Below, in pieces: positions 40,594 to 50,767 of a stretch of DNA of 64,000 nt (positions are counted from its first letter, which is position 1; each line of letters opens with the position of its first letter). The notes under the pieces are model-generated. The model saw only the letters and a program-made list of their open reading frames with translations. It ran no database searches and was not told where the DNA came from. The position numbers and the translations under genes are program-made. This DNA comes from Rebecca billardiae RCC1528. Lineage: Eukaryota; Protista; Haptophyta. Where the stretch lies: the NCBI GenBank assembly GCA_965240325.2, contig OZ251239.1:620001-684000 (forward strand), written 5' to 3'.

Positions 40594-41949
40594 TCACTGC
40601 TGCGGCGGCGCAGGCAGGTGGTCGTCCTCCGGGGCGGCGTCCGACGTGTCCGAGGCGAGCTGGTTGTACACGCACGCCGAGATGATCAGCAGCCCGCCCA
40701 CCATCTCCTTGGGCGTGAGCTGCTCGCCGACCATCTGCCACGCGACCAGCGCCGCCCACAGAGGCTCGCTCGCCAGAATCACCGCGGCGTCGGTGGCGGG
40801 CACGTACTTGAAGGCGAAGGACTCGACGACGATGGCGCCGGCGGTGGTGACGAGGCCGGTGTACAGCAGCGCGGGCCAGGGCAGCGGCGCGGCGGTGAGC
40901 TCGTGCAGCAGGTGCTCGCCCGCGCCGCCGCTCATCAGGCCGCGCACGACGCTCCAGCCGACCGCCACGAGCCCGACCACGCCCACCTTGAGCGCGGAGA
41001 CGGTGACTGCGTCTTCCGGGTGGTCCTCCATGAGCTCCTCGAGCTTGATGTAGCCCATGCCGAAGCAGACGGGCATGCCGAGGCACCACAGGTCGGAGAG
41101 CTCGGGCTGCGCCGAGCCCGCCAGCTCGAGCAGCCCCACGCCGCCGAGCGCGAGCAGCGCCGAGACCCACGTCTTCGCCTCGAACGTGCGCTTGGAGACG
41201 GAGGACACGAGCGCTACAAACACCACCTGGCACGCGCAAATGAAGGCGCCCTTGTTGGCGGAGGCGGTGGTGAGCGCGATCGCCTGCGTCATGTACCCCG
41301 TCGCCACCCACGCGCCGCACTGCGCGCCGCCCTTCACCAGCACCGGGTCGTCCCAGCGCGCGAGCGGCAGCAGCGCGAGCGCCGCGACCGAGAAGCGAAT
41401 CAGCGCGTACTCGGGCGGCTCGAGGCCCGAGTCGAAGATCGTCTTGATCACGGGGAAGTTGGTGGCCCAGACGAGGGTGAGGAGCAGCACCGAGGCGCGC
41501 GCGAGGTTGGTGCGCAGCTCCGGCTCCATCGTCTCGAGGAAGCCCAGGCTCAGGCCGCGGTCGGTCGAGCCCGCCGGCTCCGACACGCTGTGCGCCGTGC
41601 GCTCGCGCGCGCTGTCCATGGGGACGCCCGTGCGCCGCTTCATCTCCGCGAGCGCATCACTCACGCGGAGCGGACGCCTCGACGGAACGCCATTCGCGGC
41701 GCCGTCCGACCTCGGCTTGCGCACCACGGGGTCGCGCGTGCGCGGCGCCGACTGCGCGCGCACGGATGCGCGCGCGCCGCGCGCTGCTCGAGCCGGGCCG
41801 AGCACGGCGGCGCTCCGCGGCGCGAGCGACGGCCTGCTGGCAGCCGCGGGCGCGCAAAGCACGCCGAGCGCCAGCAGCGCCGCCGCCACCGCCGTGCGCC
41901 GCGGCGCCGCCGCCGCGTTGTGCGCGCGCGCGTGTTCTCTCCTCGCCAT
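40594..41949 (-). CDS. EamA/DMT-family transporter with N-terminal targeting presequence
   Basis: LLLTLVWATNFPVIK, IRFSVAALALLP, TTASANKGAFI, LLYTGLVTT and AAVILASEPLWAAL..GEQL; about 10 TM segments. Confidence 0.9.
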   Translation of the reverse strand: MARREHARAHNAAAAPRRTAVAAALLALGVLCAPAAASRPSLAPRSAAVLGPARAARGARASVRAQSAPRTRDPVVRKPRSDGAANGVPSRRPLRVSDALAEMKRRTGVPMDSARERTAHSVSEPAGSTDRGLSLGFLETMEPELRTNLARASVLLLTLVWATNFPVIKTIFDSGLEPPEYALIRFSVAALALLPLARWDDPVLVKGGAQCGAWVATGYMTQAIALTTASANKGAFICACQVVFVALVSSVSKRTFEAKTWVSALLALGGVGLLELAGSAQPELSDLWCLGMPVCFGMGYIKLEELMEDHPEDAVTVSALKVGVVGLVAVGWSVVRGLMSGGAGEHLLHELTAAPLPWPALLYTGLVTTAGAIVVESFAFKYVPATDAAVILASEPLWAALVAWQMVGEQLTPKEMVGGLLIISACVYNQLASDTSDAAPEDDHLPAPPQQ

Positions 41950-42557
41950 CACCACGACCGTCCTCGAGCCTGTTTTGCGTCAACAGGGCAAGCGCACGGT
42001 AGAGAAGGCGCCTGAACACACGGCCGGCTCTGTGGAGCGGTAGTCCAATAGGAAGGCAGCTGAGCAGGTGAGGCTGTCTGGCGCCAAGCATCAATGCGCG
42101 CTGGCCAAGATGCTTCCAAGATGCGTCCGCAGCAAGCCTGATGAAGACAGTGAGATGAATTTCCCGAGTAGAATTGCAGTACTCCAGCTACCAAAAAAGC
42201 GCCCGCCGCTCCCGCCGATCTCGCGATTTTCTACCCAGCTGGTTCACGCCGAACTGCTTCAATCTGGCGAGCTTTTAGTCAGATTGCATGGAACCTTGAA
42301 GTCGAGCGCAGCAAACCTGGCCAGACTATGAACATGGGATTTCGTCGAGTCACTTGATACCCTGTGCGCGCCCCCCAGCGGGCAAATTCCTGACGCGTTC
42401 GCGCGCATTTTACGAGCTCGTGCAGTGCGCGAGCACGCGAGAAGCCTCGACAATCAGTCAATCACGCCATCATCCATCCGTCACTGGCCGTCGCTTGCCG
42501 GCACGCGTTCAAGGGCACGGCACCGCGGAGCTTGGCGCACGCGACCAGCGGGACCAT

Positions 42558-43610
42558 ATGACGACAGCGTCGGCAGCGAGCAGGGGGGCGAGCGGGCGAG
42601 GCGGCGCGAGAATAGCGAGGTGTACCGGGCGCCCCGCGCTCCTCCTCGCAGCTCTGGCCCTCTCCACCCTCGCCCCGGCCACCGCGTTCGTCGGCGTGGC
42701 GCACGGGGCGGCCCGCGCGCCGCCGGCACAGCTTGCCGCACGGCACGCGGTGAGGCGCGCGGCTGGCGCGCGCGTCTCGGCCCGGGTCGGGCCGAGCATG
42801 TCCAGCACGCTCCGCCCGAACCAGCGCCCGCGGCCGCTCCCGCAGCTCCGCGCCACCACGACCGCCAAGTCGGCGGCCGACACGAGCGATGGCCTCAGGC
42901 CCCTTGTGCCGCGCAACTGGGAGCCGCGGCTGGACCAGCTGAGCAAGGCGGCGTCGGTCGCGATCGTGTTCGGCTTCGCCATCCACCAGTTCCTCTCCGT
43001 CGACGCCAGCGTCTCGCGCGGCTGGACCACCTTCGAGATTGTATCTCGGCTGCTACCGGACAACTGGAACGAATACGAGGTCGCGCTGCAGCAGGCGCCC
43101 GTCGTGACGAAGACGGCGATCAACGCGTGCATCTACGTGCTCGCGGACTGGCTCGCGCAGATCCTGGAGGGGCGGAAGCCGCTCGACTTCGACGCGAAGC
43201 GGCTGCTCCGCTCGGGCACCATCGGCCTCATCTTCGGGCCCATCACCTGCGCATACTACGAGTTTTCTGATTCGATTCTCGACCCTGCGCTGATTGCGAC
43301 GCGGCCGCTCAAGATCCTGCTCGACCAGACGGCGTACGCGGCGTGCAAGTACACGATGTTCGTCGGGCTGCGCGAGGTGCTCAGCGGCACGCCGTGGGAC
43401 GAGGCCGCGAGCGAGGCCACCTCGTCCACCTGGCCGCTGCTGCAGCGCGGCTGGCGATTCTGGCCCGCGGTGCACGTGATCACGTACTCGGTGATTCCGC
43501 CTCGGCACCGCGTACTCTGGGTGAACAGCGCCGACCTGGTGTGGGTGACGATCCTCTCGCTGTTCAAGGCGGGCGAGGCGGAGGAGGAGGCCGAGGCCGC
43601 CGACGAGTAG
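42558..43610 (+). CDS. Mpv17/PMP22 family protein, probably plastid-targeted
   Basis: PVVTKTAI..LADWLAQ, KILLDQT and GWRFWPAVHVITYSVIPPRHRVLWVN. Signal peptide ending ATA-F followed by a transit-like region. Confidence 0.9.
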   Translation: MTTASAASRGASGRGGARIARCTGRPALLLAALALSTLAPATAFVGVAHGAARAPPAQLAARHAVRRAAGARVSARVGPSMSSTLRPNQRPRPLPQLRATTTAKSAADTSDGLRPLVPRNWEPRLDQLSKAASVAIVFGFAIHQFLSVDASVSRGWTTFEIVSRLLPDNWNEYEVALQQAPVVTKTAINACIYVLADWLAQILEGRKPLDFDAKRLLRSGTIGLIFGPITCAYYEFSDSILDPALIATRPLKILLDQTAYAACKYTMFVGLREVLSGTPWDEAASEATSSTWPLLQRGWRFWPAVHVITYSVIPPRHRVLWVNSADLVWVTILSLFKAGEAEEEAEAADE

Positions 43611-44049
43611 GCCTCCGTGCGGCCCCGCTCGCTCGACCGCTCGACGCCGACCGCCAGCACGCCCTGCCACGCCACACCCGACACCCTTGTCTTTGCCGGC
43701 TCTCGTCGCTGCTTTGTAAGCTTTGTTTCTGTCCGCAAGCCCCTCGCCGCATCCAGCCCAACGGTGCCCGAGTGCACGCGCTGCCCCGTGCCCCGGCATG
43801 GCAGCCGGCACGCGGCCCACGGCACGCTCCTGTCTGTGTTGCACGCAGTGCTGCCACGATCACTCCCAGCCGTCTCAGTGCACGCCCTCGCCGACACCGT
43901 CGGCGTCATGCTCGCGCTGATCAAACATTGCGCGCGCCGCGGCACGCGCGCAGCCCGACTGTGCATGCCAGTCGCTGTCGGCAGTGGCCGCACGGCCCGC
44001 TAAGTCGTCAGATCGACTTCGTGTTGAGGCTCGAGCGGCGTGGCCCCGT

Positions 44050-44220
44050 ATATATATACTATATCATTGATTATTGCACGCAAATGCGCGTCAATTGTAT
44101 CGTCGTTATTATTTAATAATAATAAATGTATTATTCGCGTATTATTTTAAAATTATAATGTTTAAAAATAATATTTTAATAATATATATAATTAATATGG
44201 CGGTAATTAAAAATATCTTC
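44050..44220. other. AT-rich island between convergent genes
   Basis: About 170 bp of mostly A/T sequence within very GC-rich surroundings. Confidence 0.85.
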
Positions 44221-44392
44221 GCGCACTCGCGCAGCGCGCGCAGATCGGAGACGCGGGCGGACGGGCGCCCGAGCTCCGGGCTGGCGGCGGCAGCTCCGGG
44301 CCACGGTCACTGCGGAGGGTCGGAGGCGCGGACGATGCACCGTCGGCGCGGACGGGCGGCGGTCTCGGGTCTACCTGACGAGGCGCAATGAT

Positions 44393-45670
44393 TCAAGCGC
44401 CCATGAGCGCGCTCGTTGCCTCGAAGCGCATCTCGAGGTGGCGGAGGTAGTCCTCGGCCGACGGGTTGTGCGGGTCGAAGCGCTCGCCTTCGAGCAACTC
44501 GGTCGGCACCGCCAGCTCGCCAAGCCCGAGGGCGTCTTCGGCCCGCGGCGGCGCGCTCTGCCGATGGGCGCCGCCCTCGGGAGGGTTGGCGTCGTCGAGC
44601 GCGCCGGGCGGCGGGACGCTCGCGTCGTGCGCGTCGTCGGCTTCGTACGCGGGCGTACCCCCGCCGCTGCTCGCCGCACCCAGCCCGGGGCGCGCCCAGG
44701 CCTCGTCAAACAACGCCCCATCGCCCTGGCCGTCGACGCGCGACCAGCGCGCGCGCCCGCCTAAGGGGCCAGCCGGCGCGAGCGGCGCGCGGGGCTTGGG
44801 CTCGTCCAGGGCGGCGGCGGTGGGTGCGTGGTCGTGCGCGGGGTGCTCGAGCCGCGCGACGCGCCCCTCGAGAAGCCCCAGCCGCGCGTCGAGCTGCTCG
44901 AGCGCGCCGAGCACGCGCGACTCGGAGGCGGCAAGCAGCGCAGCAAAAGTCGCCTCAATGTCGCCTCCGGCGGCAGGCGGCCCAACAGAGCGCGCCGGCG
45001 GCGCCCGCGCGCCCGCGTCCGCGGCGGCGTGTGGCGGGCGCGAGGGCTCGTCGGCCGGCGCGGGGCGAGCGGTGCCACCGCCCGGCGGTGCCGCCTTCTT
45101 CGCCGACGCCTGCCCACGCGGCGTGGGCGAGCGGTTGCTCGCCCGCTCCACCAGGACGCGGCTGGGCGGCGAGCGTGGCGAGCCCGCAGCGTCGACGCGC
45201 GCGCGCGTGGCCGGGCGCGGCGCGGAGTGCACGGCGGCGCCGAGCTCGCGGCGGTGCGTGGCGCCAGGCGCGGCGGTACTCGCGCTGCGCGCGGGCGCGA
45301 GCTCGTCGTGCTTCGCGCGGCACGCGCAGAGCATATCAATCGCGAACAGCATCTTGCGCTCCGCAAAGCCGGTCGTCGTGAGGAACTGCTGGACGGTGAG
45401 CGCGTGGCGGTACGAGAGCTCCTCGCGCGCGCAGCGGTGGATCAGCTCGACGAAGCGCAGGTCGCTCTTCGCGTACAGGTCGTACCCGCGCGCCGACAGC
45501 CAGCGCGACACGTGCGGCGAGAAGCCGAGGAAGCCGTGGTGGAGGAGGGGTAGGAGCGCGGCGGGCTCGCCGGCGGTGAGGGCGGGCTCGTCGAGGGCGC
45601 CGTCGTACCGGACGGCGCGGAGCTCGCGACGGAGCCGCTCCACGCAGTTGTGCAGGTCGCCTGTCGTCAT
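44393..45670 (-). CDS. CEP44: Centrosomal protein CEP44 homologue
   Basis: MTTGDLHNCVERLRRELRAVRY..GEPAALLPLLH..YDLYAKSDLRFVE..LTVQQFL..GFAERK matches the CEP44 N-terminal domain; coiled coil further downstream. Confidence 0.88.
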   Translation of the reverse strand: MTTGDLHNCVERLRRELRAVRYDGALDEPALTAGEPAALLPLLHHGFLGFSPHVSRWLSARGYDLYAKSDLRFVELIHRCAREELSYRHALTVQQFLTTTGFAERKMLFAIDMLCACRAKHDELAPARSASTAAPGATHRRELGAAVHSAPRPATRARVDAAGSPRSPPSRVLVERASNRSPTPRGQASAKKAAPPGGGTARPAPADEPSRPPHAAADAGARAPPARSVGPPAAGGDIEATFAALLAASESRVLGALEQLDARLGLLEGRVARLEHPAHDHAPTAAALDEPKPRAPLAPAGPLGGRARWSRVDGQGDGALFDEAWARPGLGAASSGGGTPAYEADDAHDASVPPPGALDDANPPEGGAHRQSAPPRAEDALGLGELAVPTELLEGERFDPHNPSAEDYLRHLEMRFEATSALMGA

Positions 45671-45873
45671 CCTGCACCCCGGGCCCGCGCGCGCCGAGGC
45701 GCTCGCTCCCCGCCTGGCGCCTGCTCCGCTCGAAAATGCTCACGACGAAGGCCGTTGGGCACTTGGGCCGGTCCTCGGGAGCGCGTCCTGCTGGTCCGTC
45801 CCCGTCCGGGCGCTTTAGGAACTCAGGAAGATCGTTCAAACGAACGCGCGGTCCGCCATCATTGTGCCGCGAT

Positions 45874-46599
45874 ATGCCCGTCGTGCCAGCCGGCCGGCAG
45901 GCGCTGTCGTACGTGGACTCCTTCATGGGCGACGAGGAGGCGGAGGTGCTGAGCGTGAGCCTCGCACGCAACACCGTCGCCACCAGCCTCGACCTGCGCG
46001 GCTGCAACCTCGGCGCCGAGGGCGTGCGGCACATTGCGCGGATGCTGCGCACGAACGGCTGCCTGCGCGCGCTCTCGCTCGAGTGGAACCACGCGGGCGA
46101 CGACGGCACGGCGAGCCTCGCGTCTGCGCTGTCGGCCAACGCGACGCTCACCGCGCTCGACCTGCGCAACAACAAGGTCGGGCCCGCCGGCGCGCTCGCG
46201 CTCGCACAGGCGCTCAGCTCGGGGCCGTCGGCGCTCGCGCAATTAGATTTGCGCTGGAACGGCGTGGGCGAGGAGGGCGGGCGCGCGCTCGCGGAGATGC
46301 TGCGCGGGAACGTGCGGATCGTCTCGCTCGCGCTCAACGGCAACCGCGTGCCTGACGCCGTGCTCGGGCAGGTCGACGCGGCCGCGCTGCGCAACGCGCG
46401 CGCTCGCGCCGACTCGGACGGAACGGCCGCGGCCGCAGAGAGGGGCGGCGGCGCGCTGACGATCGGCGAGGGCGCGCGCGGCAGCCGCGCGTCGACGCCG
46501 GGCGCGTCGCGCGCGCTGCGCGCGTCGGCGTCCGCCTCGCTCCTCCCGCCCGCCGCGGCGACGCGCTCCCTCGTCGTGAGCGCAGTCGACGCCCTGGCG

Positions 46600-46632
<33 letters not shown>

Positions 46633-48132
46633 CGAGCGGGCGGCGCGCGCGGTGGCGGGAGCGCCGGCGACCAGCCGCGCGTGTCCGCGCTGCAGCGCGC
46701 GCTGGAGGAGCAGGCGGCCGCGTCGGAGCGCGGCGCGGAGGAGTCGCGCGCGCGCGGCGCGCAGCTCGAGCGCGCCCTCGAGCTCGAGCGCGACGCGCAC
46801 GCGGCCACGGGCGCCGAGCTGAGCGCGGCGCGCTCGCAGCTCCGCGACGCGCGCGCGCGCCTTGACGAGCTCGAGGCGGTGGTGGCGGCGGAGCGCGAGC
46901 GCGCGGACTCGACGCGCGACGCGCTGGGCGTGCGCGCGTCCGAGGTCGCCGCCGAGTCCGCCGAGCGCCTCGCGCGCGCCGAGGCCGCCGAGGCGCGCGA
47001 GCGCGCCGCGCGCGAGCGCGCGGACGACGCGGCCGCGCTGGTCGAAGCAGAGAGAAGGCGACACGCAGACGGACTGTCGGATGCGCGCTCGGCGCTGGCG
47101 GAGGCGCAGGCGGCGGCGGAGCGCGCGGAGCGCGAGGCGCGCGCGCGCGCGGCTGAGCTCGACGACGCGCGCGCGCGCGCGCGCGCCGCCGCCGCCGAGC
47201 GCAGCACCGCCGCCGCCGAGCTCAGCGCTCAGCTCGAGGAGGCGAAGGCGGCTCGGAGCGCGGACGGCGCGCGGCACGCGGCGGCGGCGGACGCGCTCGC
47301 GGCCGAGCGCGACGCGGCGGTGGCGGAGGCGGAGCGCGCGCGGCGCGAGGCTGAGGCGGCGCGCGCGGAGCTCGAGGCGGAGTCGCGCGACGCCTCCGCG
47401 CGCCTCCACGCCGCGCTCGCCGAGGCGGACGCGCGCGCCTCCGCCGAGCGCCAGGCATGGAAGGAGGCGGAGGCGGCGCGGCGCGCGGACGCGGACGCGC
47501 GCGCGCGCGATGGGCAGCGCGCGCTGCAGGCGGCGCAGGCGCGCGTGCGCGAGCTGGAGGGCGAGCTGCTGCGCGAGCGCACGGCGCACGCCGACGCGCG
47601 GCTGCGCGCCGAGGCGGCGGAGGAGGCGGCGGAGGCCGCGCGCGCCGCGGTCGAGCAGACGCGCGCGGCCGGCGAGCGCGCGCTGCGCGAGGCGGCAGAG
47701 GCGCGCGCCGCGGACCGGCGCGCGCACGCCGAGTCGCTGGGCGAGCGCGCGGCCGCGGCGCGCGGGATGGAGCGGGAGCTCGAGGCGGCGCGCGCGGCGA
47801 GGGGGCGCTCGCGCGAGCGCGCGGTCTCGCTCGCGCTGAGCGCGCACGCGGTGACGGACGAGGCGCTGAAGCGCGCCTTCTCGCAGATGCTCGCCGCGCT
47901 CGAGAGCGGGGAGGGCGCGGAGGAGGAGGCGGCCGCGCTCGGGCTCGGTCTGCCCGTGGGGGGCGCGGATGCGGCGGCAGACGCGCGCCGCGCCAGCAGC
48001 GCGACGGCGGCTGGCGTGGCGCCAGGCGGCGGCGGCGGCGGCGGCCTCGCCGCCGCGGCGCACAGCGGCTCGCCTGCACGGCTCCGCTCGAGCCTGGGGG
48101 GCGTGGCAACCGTGACGGACCGTCGGCTGTGA
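45874..48132 (+). CDS. LRR + long coiled-coil protein, LRRC45-like
   Basis: LDLRGCNLG, LSLEWNHAG, LDLRNNKVG, LDLRWNGVG and LALNGNRVP follow the LRRC45 repeat order, then an extended A/E/R coiled coil. Confidence 0.8.
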
Positions 48133-48592
48133 GTCCGAGCCAGCGTCCTCGCCGCCGGCCGGCATTGCGATGACGCGCGGCAGGCGCCCGTGGCCGTGGC
48201 CGTGGGCCGCGAGCATTCGGGACCGCCACCGTTAGCGGCAAGGCGCCATTCTGGTGTGCCGTCGTGGGCGACCGTTGGTCGTCGTGCGCTCGTTTACCCG
48301 GCTAAGTGGGTACGGTACTTTAGGGCGCCAGATAGGCAGATACGAAAGTTCCGCAGCGCAGGCTGCGCAGCTCTCTAGTCTCTACTACTAGTTACTACTC
48401 AGTACATTTGTCTACAGTCGTTCTTCAGCCCGGTTGGCTGGGCTTAGGATTTGAAAGGGCTACATCGACCAATCAGAGCGCGCGCGCCAACCGGGCCGCT
48501 ACGGGGCGCAACTGCGAAACCGGGCTGCGCCGTTGCGTTGGCCCAAGGACGTGGACGCGCGCTCTGCGCACGCACCAACCGACTCGCACAGC

Positions 48593-50302
48593 ATGGGGAA
48601 GCAGGCAAAGGGCACGAGCTCGGCGCAGGCCGCTCCAACGAAAGCTACCAAGGCGGCAGCCGCCGCCACGACGTCCGCGCCGTCGAAGGTCGCGCTACGC
48701 GCCGCGTTTGTCGCGCTGCTCGCCGCCGGCGCTGCGCACTTCTTCTTTGGCGACTCGCGCGCAGCGGCGAACGTGGCGATGGACGCGCTGCGCGCGGTGT
48801 CCGGCTCGCGCGGCTCGCCGCCCATCTCGCCGCCGCGCAACCTCGCCGCCGTGAGCGACCAGCTCAACGTCAGCACCTCGCACGACGGCGCGCACAAGCC
48901 GTGCGTCGATCACTCGGAGCACTGCGCGCTGTGGGCCGAGTCGGGCGAGTGCGGCAAGAACCCGCGGTTCATGACGATCAGCTGCCCGCGCTCGTGCGAC
49001 ACGTGCGCCTCCACCGCGAGCGCGCCGCCGCTGCCGCCGCTCCCCGCGAAGAAGGTCTCGCCGTCCGCGAGCGCGTCCGAGCAGCAGCCGGAGCACCGCG
49101 TGACCGTCGACGAGCCGGACGACCTGGACTGCGTGGACGAGAGCCCGTCGTGCGCGCACTGGGCGGCGACGGGCGAGTGCAGCAAGAACAAGGTGTACAT
49201 GCACACCAGCTGCGCCAAGGCGTGCGGCACGTGCAAGGAGCTCAAGCGCGCGTGCGAGCGGATCGAGGGCTCTCAGGCGTTCGAGGATAAGGCGGGCTCG
49301 CTCAACGCGATGTTCGAGCGCGCGCTGGTAGAGTTCAAGCAGTACAACCCGACGGTGCTCTCGCGCGAGCCGTGGGTGATCAGCTTCGACGACTTCATCA
49401 CGGAGGCGGAGGGCGAGGCCTTCCTCGAGCACGCCAACGCCTCGTTCGCGCGCTCGCTCGCCGGCGACCAGGTGTCAGAGGTGCGCACGTCCACACAGTT
49501 CTGGTGCTCGACGGCCGAGTGCCTGGGCGACGCGCGGATCACGGGCGTGGTGGAGCGCGTGTCCGACATCACCACGATCCCGCCGAACAAGTGCGCGCGC
49601 GCGCCGCGCCGCGCCGCGCCGCGCCGCGCGCACCCGGACGCGCGCGCCGCCAGGGCGCGCAACCGGCGCTCGCCCCTGTGGTTGTGTTGGGCCGCGCGCG
49701 CCACGCGCCCACCGCGGCCTCGCGGCCTCGCCCCCTCCCCCGGCCCCGCCCGCAGCTTTGAGTACTTCCAGGTGCTCAAGTACGAGCCTGGCCAGTTCTG
49801 TACGTGCCCAGCGCGCGTCCCGCGCGCGCGCGGCGCGCACCCGACGACACACACAACTCCGCTGGCTCACGCGATCGCGCGCGCGCCCCCGCGCCACGCC
49901 TGGCACCACCGTCTGCTCCCGATCGCGCGCCCCCTCCCCGTATGGCCTCTGTCCCGCCCGCCCCCCGCAGACAAGTCGCACCACGACCAGAACTGCGCGC
50001 CGTGGACGCCGCAGGGCGTGCGCGTGCTCACCTTCTACATCTACCTCAACGACGTCGCCGAGGGTGGCGGCACCAAATTCACAGACATCGGCATCACCAT
50101 GCAGCCGAAGCGCGGGCGCGCGGTGATGTGGCCGAGTGTGCTCGACTCCGACCTGACGCAGATCGAGCCGATGACGCACCACGAGGCGATCGCGCCCGTG
50201 ACCGGCACCAAGTTCGGCGCCAACCTGTGGGGGCACCAGTTCGACTTCAAGACGCCCAGCTCGAAGGGGTGCAAGTGGACGGGGCGCAACACGTACCACT
50301 GA
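48593..50302 (+). CDS. P4H: Prolyl 4-hydroxylase with two ShK domains; introns 49591-49755 and 49800-49970
   Basis: Signal anchor, two CVD..C..WA..GEC.KN..M...C..C..C ShK motifs, and LSREPWVISFDDFITEAE. After splicing: NFEYFQVLKYEPGQFYKSHHD, RVLTFYIYLNDVAEGGGTKF and THHEAIAPVTGTKFGANLW. Confidence 0.92.
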   Translation: MGKQAKGTSSAQAAPTKATKAAAAATTSAPSKVALRAAFVALLAAGAAHFFFGDSRAAANVAMDALRAVSGSRGSPPISPPRNLAAVSDQLNVSTSHDGAHKPCVDHSEHCALWAESGECGKNPRFMTISCPRSCDTCASTASAPPLPPLPAKKVSPSASASEQQPEHRVTVDEPDDLDCVDESPSCAHWAATGECSKNKVYMHTSCAKACGTCKELKRACERIEGSQAFEDKAGSLNAMFERALVEFKQYNPTVLSREPWVISFDDFITEAEGEAFLEHANASFARSLAGDQVSEVRTSTQFWCSTAECLGDARITGVVERVSDITTIPPNKCARAPRRAAPRRAHPDARAARARNRRSPLWLCWAARATRPPRPRGLAPSPGPARSFEYFQVLKYEPGQFCTCPARVPRARGAHPTTHTTPLAHAIARAPPRHAWHHRLLPIARPLPVWPLSRPPPADKSHHDQNCAPWTPQGVRVLTFYIYLNDVAEGGGTKFTDIGITMQPKRGRAVMWPSVLDSDLTQIEPMTHHEAIAPVTGTKFGANLWGHQFDFKTPSSKGCKWTGRNTYH

Positions 50303-50767
50303 GCCGCGCTGCGCAGCGCTGCGCTGCGCTACGGCGGCCGGCAATTGCGCACGGCCACGGGGAATGCGGCTGCCACCGCGTGGCGCGGCGGCGGGAATTG
50401 ACTCGCCGGCGGCCCGCGGCACTCTCCAGCTGGGCTGATCCGCATCTCACGCGTGCCGTGTCGCGGTGGCGAGGCTGCTCACCTCGGCCCATCAGTGCAC
50501 CCCCCGCTCTCTGACTCACGTGGTCCATGACCGCACGATCAGCGAGTCGCCGGCCGGCCGGGGCCAAGCCGGCTGACGCTGCGAGTTCCATCCGCGCGCA
50601 TGCCCATGGCCATCGGCGATTCTCAGGTTTTAGCAGCAGCAGTAGTATTTTGTCCGCGCCCATCGGATTATTATTGTTTTCGGCGTCAAGCGCGGTCTTT
50701 CGTATTCGCATTTCGGATATTCGACGAGCTGGATCGCGCGCGCCCGCGCTGATGCGACGGACGCCGC

